A DNA stretch of 64,000 bases from Eledone cirrhosa (Eukaryota): contig OZ024742.1 in the NCBI GenBank assembly GCA_964016885.1, positions 111,786,001-111,850,000 on the forward strand. The letters run 5' to 3'. Positions 14,860 through 27,265 of the stretch are shown here, one piece after another (positions within the stretch are counted from its first letter, which is position 1; each line of letters begins with the position of its first letter). The notes under the pieces were generated by a model. The model was given only the letters and a program-made list of their open reading frames with translations, ran no database searches and was not told the DNA's origin. The position numbers and the translations under genes are program-made.

Positions 14860-16926
14860 GTCCTACGTAATCGGTGTTTACATGCAGTAACCAGTTCATG
14901 TTTCTTGTTTAGGAGTTGGTCGGACGGCATCCTCCCGTGTAAGAGTTGGCTCTGGACAATAATTTCCAAGTGAGATCATAGTTGATGTTGTTGCCCTTGA
15001 GGTCCCATATGTGGCCCGAAAGTGTAGTGGTGTGACGCTGGGCCGGGTTTCGGAAGGTATGTCTGTGTTGGTATGGCCGGGTCTTGAAGTCACATGCGGT
15101 TAATCCTATATAAGCTTTGTTGGGGGTGTCCGTGCTCACGTTGCACTGGTAGATCACATAACGGTCTCTGCATCTGTTGTCGAGGGGGCAACTGGATCTA
15201 TCAGGACAGTTGCACCTCCTGGTCGGCCCTCCACTGCTATTTAGGTTGTTTCTTCCATCGGGATTGAGTTTTTTGTTGTTGGAGGATACGATGTTTTGTG
15301 CAAAGTTAGGTGTAGTGCTGTAAGAGAGTTTGATGGTATTTTTGTTAATTATGTTGTGGTAGCGGTGTTGTGGTGGGAAGTGTTTTTCAATGAGCCTAAA
15401 GAAAATTTTCCCGATGGGAGTTGTCACCTCGGCGTTGTGGGGAGGATTGAACCATGTTATATTGCGTGAGCGGCGGTGTCGCCTGCTGGTTCCGCTAATG
15501 GGAGCTGGCCAGTAGGATATTTCCTCCTGGAAGCCACTCCGCTTGAGGGCCTGGTTGTAGTAAGGCGCATGTTCATCGAATATCTTCTCATCAGCTGACA
15601 AACGGGATATGCGGAGGGAGATGTTTTTGACCAGGTTGTGGGTGATGTTCCTAGGATGGTTAGATCGGCGGTGGATGTAGTGCAGGTTGTCATTGGGTTT
15701 CCTGTATGAGTAGTACAGGTCATTATTGAGATCGAGGGTAACGTCCAGGAAATTAACTCGGGTCAGGGACGTTTGTAGTGTTATTTTAAATCCCCAGTCG
15801 CGGAAGAAGCTGATTAATTGTTTACGGACCCGATCTGTACTACTGGGGTTGTACCCTTTAAGGGTAAGGAGCCCATCATCACGGTACAATCCACCACCGA
15901 AAGCAGGAAACATATCGGTGAGTTTGGCTATAAGGAATAATCCTATAAGATATGTGACCTCCGTCGAAACTGTAGCGCCCATCCTGACGTCGAAGGGTGA
16001 GACGGGAGCTCTTTTTATCCATTTGGAGTTGTCAAAGAGTAAGACTGTCTTCCTGGCGTGGAGGATGATTTTTCTTTCCTGGTCGGTGATGGGCACGAGT
16101 GCTTCGGCGAAGTCCAAGGCGGCTGTAATTAGCGGTAAGGTGATAGAAGCAGAGTAGCTCTCTATGTCGAACTGGATAAATTTAGTGTCTCGTTTATCCT
16201 CCATATTGCTGAACCATGAGATATCTTCCTGGGTGTTGATCCATAGGCTAAGTCGGGCGTGTTGCTTGACTTTTGGTATCACGCGGTCTAGGATTATTTT
16301 GCTGATTCTCCCTATGTCGGACTTCGTTGGGTTTATAAGGCTGATAGATGGTTTACGGTCGAAATCGGATTTGTGGTCCTTCAGTGTGAAGTAGGGTGTC
16401 CGTGGGTCTAGAGGTTCCGTGCGGTCGGCGACCCCGAGGCTGGAGGTAATTTGTTGTCCATCTCGATTAATGTCCTCGATGCATGAGTGGTTAGCCTTTT
16501 TATAGGTGGAGTTTAGGCTGCTCCTGATCAGTGTGTGGTATCTGTCAGAGTTGACAAAGTATAGGTTCCCAGTTTTATCCGAATGCACCATGATGTCATT
16601 GGTGTTATCATACTCTGTTAAGTTGCTAGGGAGTTTTTGTAGGAATCGGTTGTGTCTGGGTTTGAATTTAAGGTTCTTGACCAGTTGGAAGAGATCATTC
16701 TCGAAGGGTGAGAGCAAAGGGTTCGGGGGCGGAGATTTGTAGGTAATAAATCCGAATCTCTCCTTGGTACCGAGTCCTGATTGTCGCAAAATCTGTCGTA
16801 GAAAAAAGTTCTCCATCTAAGCCTTTTCGCAAATAGATCGATTTTTTGCGTGAGCATCCGAAGGTAAAGTTTTTTCGGTGGGATTGGGATGTTCTTGGTA
16901 GAGAAGTCGATGTTGTGTTTTCGCAT
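14860..16926 (-). pseudogene. Penelope RT + GIY-YIG endonuclease polyprotein, frameshifted near both ends
   Basis: N-terminus MRKHNIDFSTKNIPIP..KRLRWRTFF in one frame; 635-aa ORF with FDIESY, MGA, YRDD, FLDVTLDL, HRRSNHP and CPLDNRC..VIYQC..YIGLT; C-terminal LLNKKHELVTACKH in another frame. Confidence 0.9.
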
Positions 16927-17111
16927 GGTGCGGGTGAAAGAAATTGAGCTTAGCGGAAAAGTCTGGATACGGCGTGGTAAGGTCGGAAAGTGCTCTACTA
17001 CGGGGATAGGAGCTAGATAACGAAGGAAATGTGGTAAGGAACCAGGTGGACCATAACGCACCAAAGTACTCAATACTTAGGGTAGTAGAGTGGGTAATAG
17101 GAACAAGAAAG

Positions 17112-17204
17112 ACCCGACGGCTGAGCTCAAGCCGTTTCGACGGCTAATTCTGGACTGAATGAAAATTTATTCTGTTATTTAAATAGCCGAGCTTATCAAG
17201 GGGT
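17112..17204 (-). ncRNA. Type I hammerhead ribozyme motif (U3-A8 variant) in the 5' pLTR
   Basis: Same fold as 13547-13640 with an intact stem III (cggct/agccg), a GUC cleavage triplet and gggt closing stem I. Confidence 0.7.
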
Positions 17205-17268
17205 AATTCCATATATGGTCAAAGAGATAATCACCAGGATTGGTCACATACCAACTTAGTAGTATATG

Positions 17269-17312
<44 letters not shown>

Positions 17313-17313
<1 letters not shown>

Positions 17314-17650
17314 CGTTTCTGAATTTGTTTAGCAAGATTCTTTATCTGAAATCGTGTGTTGAAACCGATATTGTTATACTTTGGGAGGGTCATGTTGCCA
17401 ATAAGAAACACACGCACCAGTAGCTTTCACTTCAATTTATTATATATTTATAAATTTATAAATTTACAAATCTACAAACTTATATATTTCTGGTTGGTTG
17501 GTTGGTTCCACAACCAGATAGTTGTTTATATATAGTCATAGTCCTTTCGTCACACACTCTGTGACCTCTTCAGTGACTGGGGATTCCTTTCTTTGTTTCT
17601 GTGCCTTTCCTTTCTTCTGTCCTACGCCATTTTGTTTCTGTGTGTGTCAT
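17313..17650 (-). mobile_element. Solo PLE terminal repeat with minimal hammerhead at 17534-17578
   Basis: Homologous to 27266-27530. Minus strand reads agtca-CUGAAGA-ggtcaca gagtg tgtgac-GAAA-ggac-UA-tgact. Confidence 0.75.
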
Positions 17651-17669
17651 ATATATACACACACACACA

Positions 17670-17773
<104 letters not shown>

Positions 17774-18050
17774 TATATATATATATCTATATATATATAT
17801 CTATATATATATCTATATATATATATATATATTTATATACATATATATATATACATATACATATATGTATATATATACACACACACACAGACACACACAC
17901 ACACATACACATATATATATATATATATATAAGTAAAAAGGAAAAGAAAGTGCTCACAAATTGTTCCCATTGAAAGATATTTTAATTAGGAATAAGTATA
18001 AATTAATAGTAAGTATAAGTTAGTATTCAGTTTTTGTTTTAAGTTTTTAC

Positions 18051-18115
<65 letters not shown>

Positions 18116-18218
18116 AATGGTTACACAACAGTTAGTTCACCATACCGAGAACAATTGTTTCACCTTAGCGGATTCTCAGCTCGTAATGGACATGGTTGTA
18201 CGGAACAGGAAGGACAAC

Positions 18219-18256
<38 letters not shown>

Positions 18257-18378
18257 TATATATAAAACAATTGTTCCCGGTATAGTGAACTAACTGTTGT
18301 GTAACCACTTCTACCTAACTGTCCCATGGACTGAGTGCTCTACCACTACAGATATTACCTTCCAATGTTCTACCACTA
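18116..18378. mobile_element. Fold-back PLE-end element with degenerate hammerhead (18146-18183, minus)
   Basis: Inverted arms 18116-18160 and 18265-18310. Minus strand reads cgag-CUGAGAA-u ccgctaagg u-GAAA-caattg-UU-ctcg. Same family at 48564-48701 and 51205-51399. Confidence 0.65.
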
Positions 18379-18558
18379 TATATATATATATATATATATA
18401 TTGGAATAAATGCTCTGAAATAGCGATATATATGTGAATATAGACATAGAATATTCGAAAATATTCTGTATGTTTATAATAAACATTTTGAAGACCTAAT
18501 CGCTATAGAATAGAATACGTCACGTATTACAATTAGATTCTCGATAAAAGCAAGGGAA

Positions 18559-18601
18559 GTAATCTACGCGTTTCATTCTTGTTAGAAATCATCAGGACTA
18601 C
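18559..18601 (-). ncRNA. Minimal type I hammerhead ribozyme, first of 7 left-arm copies (every 310 bp)
   Basis: Reverse complement of the motif at 20899-20941. Confidence 0.88.
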
Positions 18602-20898
18602 ATATCCAGTGCTTTTATCGAGAATGACACAGCTAGAGACTTATAGAATACTTAGCTGTGTACAGGAACTGGTTTGAAAGAGCGGTTGCCGGTCCGGCAG
18701 AAATTAGAAATTGGAATAAATGCTCTGAAATAGCGATATATATGTGAATATAGACATAGATTATTCGAAAATATTCTGTATGTTTATAATAAACATTTTG
18801 AAGACCTAATCGCTATAGAATAGAATACGTCACGTATTACAATTAGATTCTCGATAAAAGCAAGGGAAGTAATCTACGCGTTTCATTCTTGTTAGAAATC
18901 ATCAGGACTACATATCCAGTGCTTTTATCGAGAATGACACAGCTAGAGACTTATAGAATACTTAGCTGTGTACAGGAACTGGTTTGAAAGAGCGGTTGCC
19001 GGTCCGGCAGAAATTAGAAATTGGAATAAATGCTCTGAAATAGCGATATATATGTGAATATAGACATAGAATATTCGAAAATATTCTGTATGTTTATAAT
19101 AAACATTTTGAAGACCTAATCGCTATAGAATAGAATACGTCACGTATTACAATTAGATTCTCGATAAAAGCAAGGGAAGTAATCTACGCGTTTCATTCTT
19201 GTTAGAAATCATCAGGACTACATATCCAGTGCTTTTATCGAGAATGACACAGCTAGAGACTTATAGAATACTTAGCTGTGTACAGGAACTGGTTTGAAAG
19301 AGCGGTTGCCGGTCCGGCAGAAATTAGAAATTGGAATAAATGCTCTGAAATAGCGATATATATGTGAATATAGACATAGAATATTCGAAAATATTCTGTA
19401 TGTTTATAATAAACATTTTGAAGACCTAATCGCTATAGAATAGAATACGTCACGTATTACAATTAGATTCTCGATAAAAGCAAGGGAAGTAATCTACGCG
19501 TTTCATTCTTGTTAGAAATCATCAGGACTACATATCCAGTGCTTTTATCGAGAATGACACAGCTAGAGACTTATAGAATACTTAGCTGTGTACAGGAACT
19601 GGTTTGAAAGAGCGGTTGCCGGTCCGGCAGAAATTAGAAATTGGAATAAATGCTCTGAAATAGCGATATATATGTGAATATAGACATAGAATATTCGAAA
19701 ATATTCTGTATGTTTATAATAAACATTTTGAAGACCTAATCGCTATAGAATAGAATACGTCACGTATTACAATTAGATTCTCGATAAAAGCAAGGGAAGT
19801 AATCTACGCGTTTCATTCTTGTTAGAAATCATCAGGACTACATATCCAGTGCTTTTATCGAGAATGACACAGCTAGAGACTTATAGAATACTTAGCTGTG
19901 TACAGGAACTGGTTTGAAAGAGCGGTTGCCGGTCCGGCAGAAATTAGAAATTGGAATAAATGCTCTGAAATAGCGATATATATGTGAATATAGACATAGA
20001 ATATTCGAAAATATTCTGTATGTTTATAATAAACATTTTGAAGACCTAATCGCTATAGAATAGAATACGTCACGTATTACAATTAGATTCTCGATAAAAG
20101 CAAGGGAAGTAATCTACGCGTTTCATTCTTGTTAGAAATCATCAGGACTACATATCCAGTGCTTTTATCGAGAATGACACAGCTAGAGACTTATAGAATA
20201 CTTAGCTGTGTACAGGAACTGGTTTGAAAGAGCGGTTGCCGGTCCGGCAGAAATTAGAAATTGGAATAAATGCTCTGAAATAGCGATATATATGTGAATA
20301 TAGACATAGAATATTCGAAAATATTCTGTATGTTTATAATAAACATTTTGAAGACCTAATCGCTATAGAATAGAATACGTCACGTATTACAATTAGATTC
20401 TCGATAAAAGCAAGGGAAGTAATCTACGCGTTTCATTCTTGTTAGAAATCATCAGGACTACATATCCAGTGCTTTTATCGAGAATGACACAGCTAGAGAC
20501 TTATAGAATACTTAGCTGTGTACAGGAACTGGTTTGAAAGAGCGGTTGCCGGTCCGGCAGAAATTAGAAATTGGAATAAATGCTCTGAAATAGCGATATA
20601 TATGTGAATATAGACATAGAATATTCGAAAATATTCTGTATGTTTATAATAAACATTTTGAAGACCTAATCGCTATAGAATAGAATACGATTAGGTCTTC
20701 AAAATGTTTATTATAAACATACAGAATATTTTCGAATATTCTATGTCTATATTCACATATATATCGCTATTTCAGAGCATTTATTCCAATTTCTAATTTC
20801 TGCCGGACCGGCAACCGCTCTTTCAAACCAGTTCCTGTACACAGCTAAGTATTCTATAAGTCTCTAGCTGTGTCATTCTCGATAAAAGCACTGGATAT

Positions 20899-20941
20899 GT
20901 AGTCCTGATGATTTCTAACAAGAATGAAACGCGTAGATTAC
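20899..20941 (+). ncRNA. Minimal type I hammerhead ribozyme, first of 5 right-arm copies (every 310 bp)
   Basis: gtagtc-CUGAUGA-u ttct aaca agaa u-GAAA-cgcg-UA-gattac. Stem I is extended by a perfect 16-bp helix attctcgataaaagca/tgcttttatcgagaat. Confidence 0.9.
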
Positions 20942-22303
20942 TTCCCTTGCTTTTATCGAGAATCTAATTGTAATACGTGACGTATTCTATTCTATAGCGA
21001 TTAGGTCTTCAAAATGTTTATTATAAACATACAGAATATTTTCGAATAATCTATGTCTATATTCACATATATATCGCTATTTCAGAGCATTTATTCCAAT
21101 TTCTAATTTCTGCCGGACCGGCAACCGCTCTTTCAAACCAGTTCCTGTACACAGCTAAGTATTCTATAAGTCTCTAGCTGTGTCATTCTCGATAAAAGCA
21201 CTGGATATGTAGTCCTGATGATTTCTAACAAGAATGAAACGCGTAGATTACTTCCCTTGCTTTTATCGAGAATCTAATTGTAATACGTGACGTATTCTAT
21301 TCTATAGCGATTAGGTCTTCAAAATGTTTATTATAAACATACAGAATATTTTCGAATATTCTATGTCTATATTCACATATATATCGCTATTTCAGAGCAT
21401 TTATTCCAATTTCTAAGTTCTGCCGGACCGGCAACCGCTCTTTCAAACCAGTTCCTGTACACAGCTAAGTATTCTATAAGTCTCTAGCTGTGTCATTCTC
21501 GATAAAAGCACTGGATATGTAGTCCTGATGATTTCTAACAAGAATGAAACGCGTAGATTACTTCCCTTGCTTTTATCGAGAATCTAATTGTAATACGTGA
21601 CGTATTCTATTCTATAGCGATTAGGTCTTCAAAATGTTTATTATAAACATACAGAATATTTTCGAATATTCTATGTCTATATTCACATATATATCGCTAT
21701 TTCAGAGCATTTATTCCAATTTCTAATTTCTGCCGGACCGGCAACCGCTCTTTCAAACCAGTTCCTGTACACAGCTAAGTATTCTATAAGTCTCTAGCTG
21801 TGTCATTCTCGATAAAAGCACTGGATATGTAGTCCTGATGATTTCTAACAAGAATGAAACGCGTAGATTACTTCCCTTGCTTTTATCGAGAATCTAATTG
21901 TAATACGTGACGTATTCTATTCTATAGCGATTAGGTCTTCAAAATGTTTATTATAAACATACAGAATATTTTCGAATATTCTATGTCTATATTCACATAT
22001 ATATCGCTATTTCAGAGCATTTATTCCAATTTCTAATTTCTGCCGGACCGGCAACCGCTCTTTCAAACCAGTTCCTGTACACAGCTAAGTATTCTATAAG
22101 TCTCTAGCTGTGTCATTCTCGATAAAAGCACTGGATATGTAGTCCTGATGATTTCTAACAAGAATGAAACGCGTAGATTACTTCCCTTGCTTTTATCGAG
22201 AATCTAATTGTAATACGTGACGTATTCTATTCTATAGCGATTAGGTCTTCAAAATGTTTATTATAAACATACAGAATATTTTCGAATATTCTATGTCTAT
22301 ATT

Positions 22304-22342
<39 letters not shown>

Positions 22343-22990
22343 AAAAGCATTAAAAGTGGACAATCTCACCAACACAACATACGCCAGAACACGTGCCAAC
22401 ACAAACACTCACCTTACCTTGAATCAAAGAAGAACTACGGTAATAACTCTTCGCTTTTTCTGCAAAAACACCCTAACGCACAGAACATGAAGAAAAAGTA
22501 CAAATACGATAGATATTCCTTTGACCAGACCATGAGAAGTAGTAAAACCAGGAGATCATTCTCAAGAATTAAACATAGACTACCCACAAAGAACGGTAAA
22601 CAAAACGTAGAATAACCAGATCACTCTCAAGATCTCAACAGAGATTACCCACAAGAAATTGGGCGAAAAAACGATCTAAACCTGAAAGCAAACCAGGGCA
22701 TTTCCCCAGATTGTTAAAAATAATGCTAACAAGAAATGGAAGAATAATATACATAATACCAAAAATAGGACAAATTACATGACGAAACCAAATATAATAT
22801 CACAACCAAAAGTTCATCAAGCAAACACCAACAGGAATATAAATCCTGAACAGAGAAAAATCCATTTTTTAACGTCAGGACAACAAAAACCGGAAAAAGA
22901 AAAACTCCAGGAGGAAACATACCCAAAACAACTGCACACGTAGATCCTAAAATAATTAATTTATCCAAAAGAGATCTTGACAATGATGAA

Positions 22991-25153
22991 ATGCAAATTC
23001 TGTCAAAAGGACTGAAATTCACACCGACTCCAACAGTCAACCACCAAGAACTGAAGGAGGATACCCAAGAATTCTGTCGAAAATTACGTCTTGTAGAATT
23101 CTTCGCTGATAAAAGTAATGAGAGTGATGAATCACTAGTAAAGAATAAATCAAATTTCACTCCGCCAAAAGGAGGAAATATCTATCTTGACCAATACAAT
23201 GACATCCTGTCTAAATTTCCTCTTAGACGTAATACTAATGTCAGGCCAAACATTAACAAATCAGAAATGTCTGCAATTACACGTATACAAAATGATAAAA
23301 CAATAATAATTAAACAAGCAGATAAAGGGGGTGCAGTTGTTATAATGGATGCTGAACACTACAAGGATTGGTTTGAGGAACAACTGAAAGACACAACATT
23401 CTATCATGAAATACCGTCAAATATAGACCACAACGTCATGAAGAAGATCAGCATCCTGGCTTCAAAATACCACAACTCACTTACTGATAAGGAAAGAGAT
23501 TACATCACCAATTTTGAGCCAAAACCCAGCAACCTGTATGGCCTACCGAAAGTTCCTAAGTCAACAGAAATACAACTGGCAGTAAAAGAACAAAACAGTG
23601 AGTACATTAAATTACTACACCCAAAAGACTTAAAACTTAGACCTATTATAGCTGGTCCAACATGCCCCACCCACCGTCTAAGAAATTTTGTTGACATTAT
23701 TTTGAAACCACTATGTATTCACATACCCAGTTTCATCCGGGATGATATCAACTTCCTGTTCCATCTTCCCCAAACCACGGAAACGAATTCACTTCTACTT
23801 AGTTTTGATGTGGTAAGCCTTTACACTAACATTACACATGATTTAGTAATAAAGGCGGTTAAAAACTGGGTGGAAAAACATAGAGAAGTTATTCCCATCA
23901 GATTCACAGCGCCATTTATATTAGACGCAGTTAAACTTATTCTGGAAAACAACACTTTCTTCTTCAATGGACAGTATTACATCCAAATTAGAGGCACAGC
24001 GATGGGAACGAAGTTTGCTCCCGTTTACGCGAACTCTGTTATGGGATACTTAGAACAACAACTCTACCAAGAAATAGAGGCAAAATATAGTACTGACTTT
24101 AGAAAGTACATTGAAAAATCTTGGAAGAGATACCTTGACGACTGTTTCATCATCTGGACAGAATCTCTAGATACTCTGGATGAGTTCAATATCCCCCTGA
24201 ATAACCTACACCCATCTCTCCAATTCACAAAAGAGATGAGAAGTACCAAATTACCATTCCTAGATATAATGATAATCAAAAACGACACCACCATTACCAC
24301 CGATATATATTATAAACACACACACCCATCAATATCTGAATTTTAAGTCGTGCCATCCACCTCATACAAAACGCAACATCCCATACTGCCTAGGAAGAAA
24401 AATTTGTACCATTGTAGAAGATACGAATAGCAGGTACAAACGCCTAACACAACTAAGAGAATTTTTGCTCAAACAAAAATACCCATCTCTACTTATAGAA
24501 AATGGCACACAGCGGGCTATAAAAATACCTATACAACAACTTAGGACAACTCAAGGAAGAAGAAACCAAGGACTGGTTATACCATTTATAATGACCCACA
24601 ACCCATGTCACTAGAATATCTTCAACACTGCCAAAGCAAACCTACCGATCATTGCTGAAAGTAATGAATTAAAAGGCTTAATCACAGATCGATCTTTGAC
24701 TCTTAGTAAAAGACACCGAAAAATTTGAAGCAATTATCAACAAAAGCAAAGTTTGACCTTAACAACAAAGACCAATCATTCACTGTATCCAAATGCAATG
24801 ATAGTCAATGTGGCACATGTCAATCCATACACACCGGTCAATATATGAAAGCAAAAACTTGAAAAATATTCCCAAATGCAAATATGAACTGCAAAAGCAG
24901 AAATCTAATTTACTGCATTAAATGGCTGAATTGTGAAGAACTATATGTTAGTCAAACTGGAAATGCACACCGACAGCAAATCAGAGACCCAAATGTCCGT
25001 CAGATACCCCTAAGTAACCATCTAGCAACATGTGGTCAGGGAATATTTATCATATTCCCATTCTACAAATTACACAGCCCAAGTGAAATCAAGAGAAAAA
25101 TCAAAGAAAATAATTTTATTGATAAATTCAAACCCAAGCTAAATGAACAATAA
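22991..25153 (+). pseudogene. Penelope RT + GIY-YIG endonuclease, frameshifted after about 24320
   Basis: LSKGLKFTP, IKQADKGGAVV, LYGLPKV, LRPII, FDVVSLYTNI, QIRGTAMG, YLDD, LPFLDI; downstream HPPHTKRNIPY and NCKSRNLIYCI..YVSQTG..ENNFIDKFKPKLN. Confidence 0.9.
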
Positions 25154-25154
25154 T

Positions 25155-25806
25155 TGTTTCTACTTTAGACACAAGGCCAGCAATTATCCAGTGCTTTATT
25201 GGTACTTTATTTTATCGACCCCGTAAGGATGAAAGACAAAGTCAACTTCGGCGGGATTTGAACTCAGATCGTAAAGGGACATAACTATGCTGGAAAGCAT
25301 GGCGTCCGACCCTCTACAGATACTGCCAATCCACCGCCCTAAATGAACAATAATAATGGGATATTAATCCTACTATGACTATGACTACGACCACTAACAA
25401 CAACAACAATAATAAGTGTTTCTACTTTTGGCACAAGGCCAGCAAATATCTCAGTACATTACTGGTACTTTATGTTATCGACCCCGTAAGGATGAAAGGC
25501 AAAGTTAACCTTGGCGGGATTTGAACTCAGATCATAAAGGGACGTAACTATTCTGGAGAGAATGTCCGACCCTCTACCGATACTGCCAATTCACCGCCCT
25601 TCGACAACAACAATAATAATTGTTTCTACTTTAGGCACAAGGCCAGCAATTACCCAGTGCATTACTGGTACTTTATTTTATCGACCCCGTAAGGATGAAA
25701 GGCAAAGTCAACCTCGGCGGGATTTGAACTCAGATCGTAAAGGGACGTAACTATGCTGGAAAGCATGGCGTCCGACCCTCTACCGATACTGCCAATCCAC
25801 CGCCCT
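25155..25806 (-). mobile_element. Three tRNA-derived SINE copies (25155-25340, 25417-25600, 25621-25806)
   Basis: Minus strand has A box tggcagtatcgg, B box gagttcaaatccc, core ggttgactttgcctttcatccttacggggtcgataaaataaagtaccag and a short (ATT)n tail. Copy 1 is flanked by a duplication of ctaaatgaacaataat. Confidence 0.9.
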
Positions 25807-26124
25807 TAACAACAACAATAATAATAATAATAAAAGTGATGTTGATGGTGATGATTACTAGAAAATGCTATTTACATCATTTCTAAAAATAGCAAAACAA
25901 TTGATGCTTTCGACAGGGTCACTTGGTAGTCGTTAGACATTCTCAACCAACCGTGACGCCTAAACCAATCAGCTTTAGTAATCCAGTGAAACTACACACC
26001 GATTGGTCAAAATACAGTTTGCAAGATTTAGCATTCTGGAGCCACTTTTCACTGTATATAAGGCACACAATTTACCCATCTCATTACAGTTGAAAATTGC
26101 AAACTTGACTGTCACCACACATTA

Positions 26125-26163
26125 TGAACCTGAAGATTGCGAAAGCATGAAAGTACTTGTTCA
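26125..26163 (+). ncRNA. Minimal type I hammerhead ribozyme in the PLE 3' terminal region
   Basis: tgaac-CUGAAGA-u tgc gaaa gca u-GAAA-gtac-UU-gttca, with palindromic stem III. Confidence 0.82.
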
Positions 26164-26274
26164 ATTAACACTTAACATTTAATATTGTACCAAACTATTT
26201 CATTCTAATACCATTATACACTTTAAAGGATTGTAAATAAAACGAGTAAATCAGACAAAGTATTCCTTTTATTA

Positions 26275-26331
<57 letters not shown>

Positions 26332-26432
26332 CGAGACTATTGATGAAGCTCTCTTGCTCTAGGTTGCTTTAAAAGGAATATACCCCTGCTACCTTTGATG
26401 AATTTACCCTGTATATGTATGGGTATATTTAC

Positions 26433-26502
<70 letters not shown>

Positions 26503-26629
26503 ACACACACACACACACACATACACAAACACACACACAAACACACACACACACACACACATATATATATGTATATATATATATATATATATATCCGTTT
26601 ATCCCGGGTTAAATCAAGGGCAACCACAG

Positions 26630-26855
26630 TAAGTTAGGTACTCAATACGAAGCACAGTATAAATATTTAATATAGAGATTCTTCTCCAGGACTAGAACTG
26701 TTTCACTCGTGACAAAGCGTCTGGGAACGGAATGTCCATGTAGCATGGTGGTATGTATATATCTTTTCTGTTGGTAGGAGGGGGTGGTGATTGGGATGGG
26801 TGGAGGTATTTGGTTGATTGATGGGTTTAAAGAAAAGGTAATTCTTTAAAATCTA
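26630..26855 (-). mobile_element. Decayed copy of the hammerhead-bearing repeat at 30143-30502
   Basis: Reverse complement matches about 30340-30500 (ccacccatcccaatcaccacc; gaaacagttctagtcctg); the core is mutated to cagacgc. Confidence 0.65.
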
Positions 26856-27136
26856 TATTTAGAATAACAAAGGCAGAAATAATTGTATAAACAATTTCAA
26901 ACTGGGGGGTGCCACTCCTTATTTTTAAGGTTCTCTTAAGCTAACAATGACTATTGTCAATGTCTACAAGCACATTCACACACACACACACTCATATATA
27001 AATCCCTTACTCCCACACAATCGCAAACACACACACTCTTATCCCTATATATATACGAACATATACACACACACACATAGATATATACATACATATATAC
27101 ATGTATATATATATATATATATATAAACATATATAT

Positions 27137-27264
<128 letters not shown>

Positions 27265-27265
27265 T

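Larger units (their letters stand above)
13534..17264 (-). mobile_element. Near full-length Penelope-like retroelement with direct terminal repeats (pLTRs), inserted in (TA)n
   Basis: About 165-bp direct repeats at 13534-13700 and 17100-17264, each with a hammerhead motif; internal RT plus GIY-YIG ORF; (TA)n on both sides. Confidence 0.92.
18401..22314. repeat. 310-bp tandem array in two inverted arms (about 7.4 + 5.2 units), retrozyme-like
   Basis: ttggaataaa recurs at 18401, 18711, 19021, 19331, 19641, 19951, 20261 and 20571. Orientation flips at 20673-20688. gattaggtc recurs at 20689, 20999, 21309, 21619, 21929 and 22239. (TA)n on both flanks. Confidence 0.97.
22337..26275 (+). mobile_element. 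Penelope-like retroelement, decayed, with SINE insertions in its 3' UTR
   Basis: RT ORF, frameshifted thumb and GIY-YIG regions, 3' hammerhead, AATAAA near 26236 and (TA)n flanks. Confidence 0.88.

Noticed and set aside
15457-16742. Alternative-frame and antisense ORFs inside retroelements (also 43-46 kb and 56-61 kb)
   Set aside because: Shadow ORFs of GC-richer transposon coding sequence.
25155-25806. tRNA genes suggested by A and B boxes
   Set aside because: Box spacing is too long, there is no cloverleaf, and copies are dispersed with tails and target duplication, so they are SINE heads.
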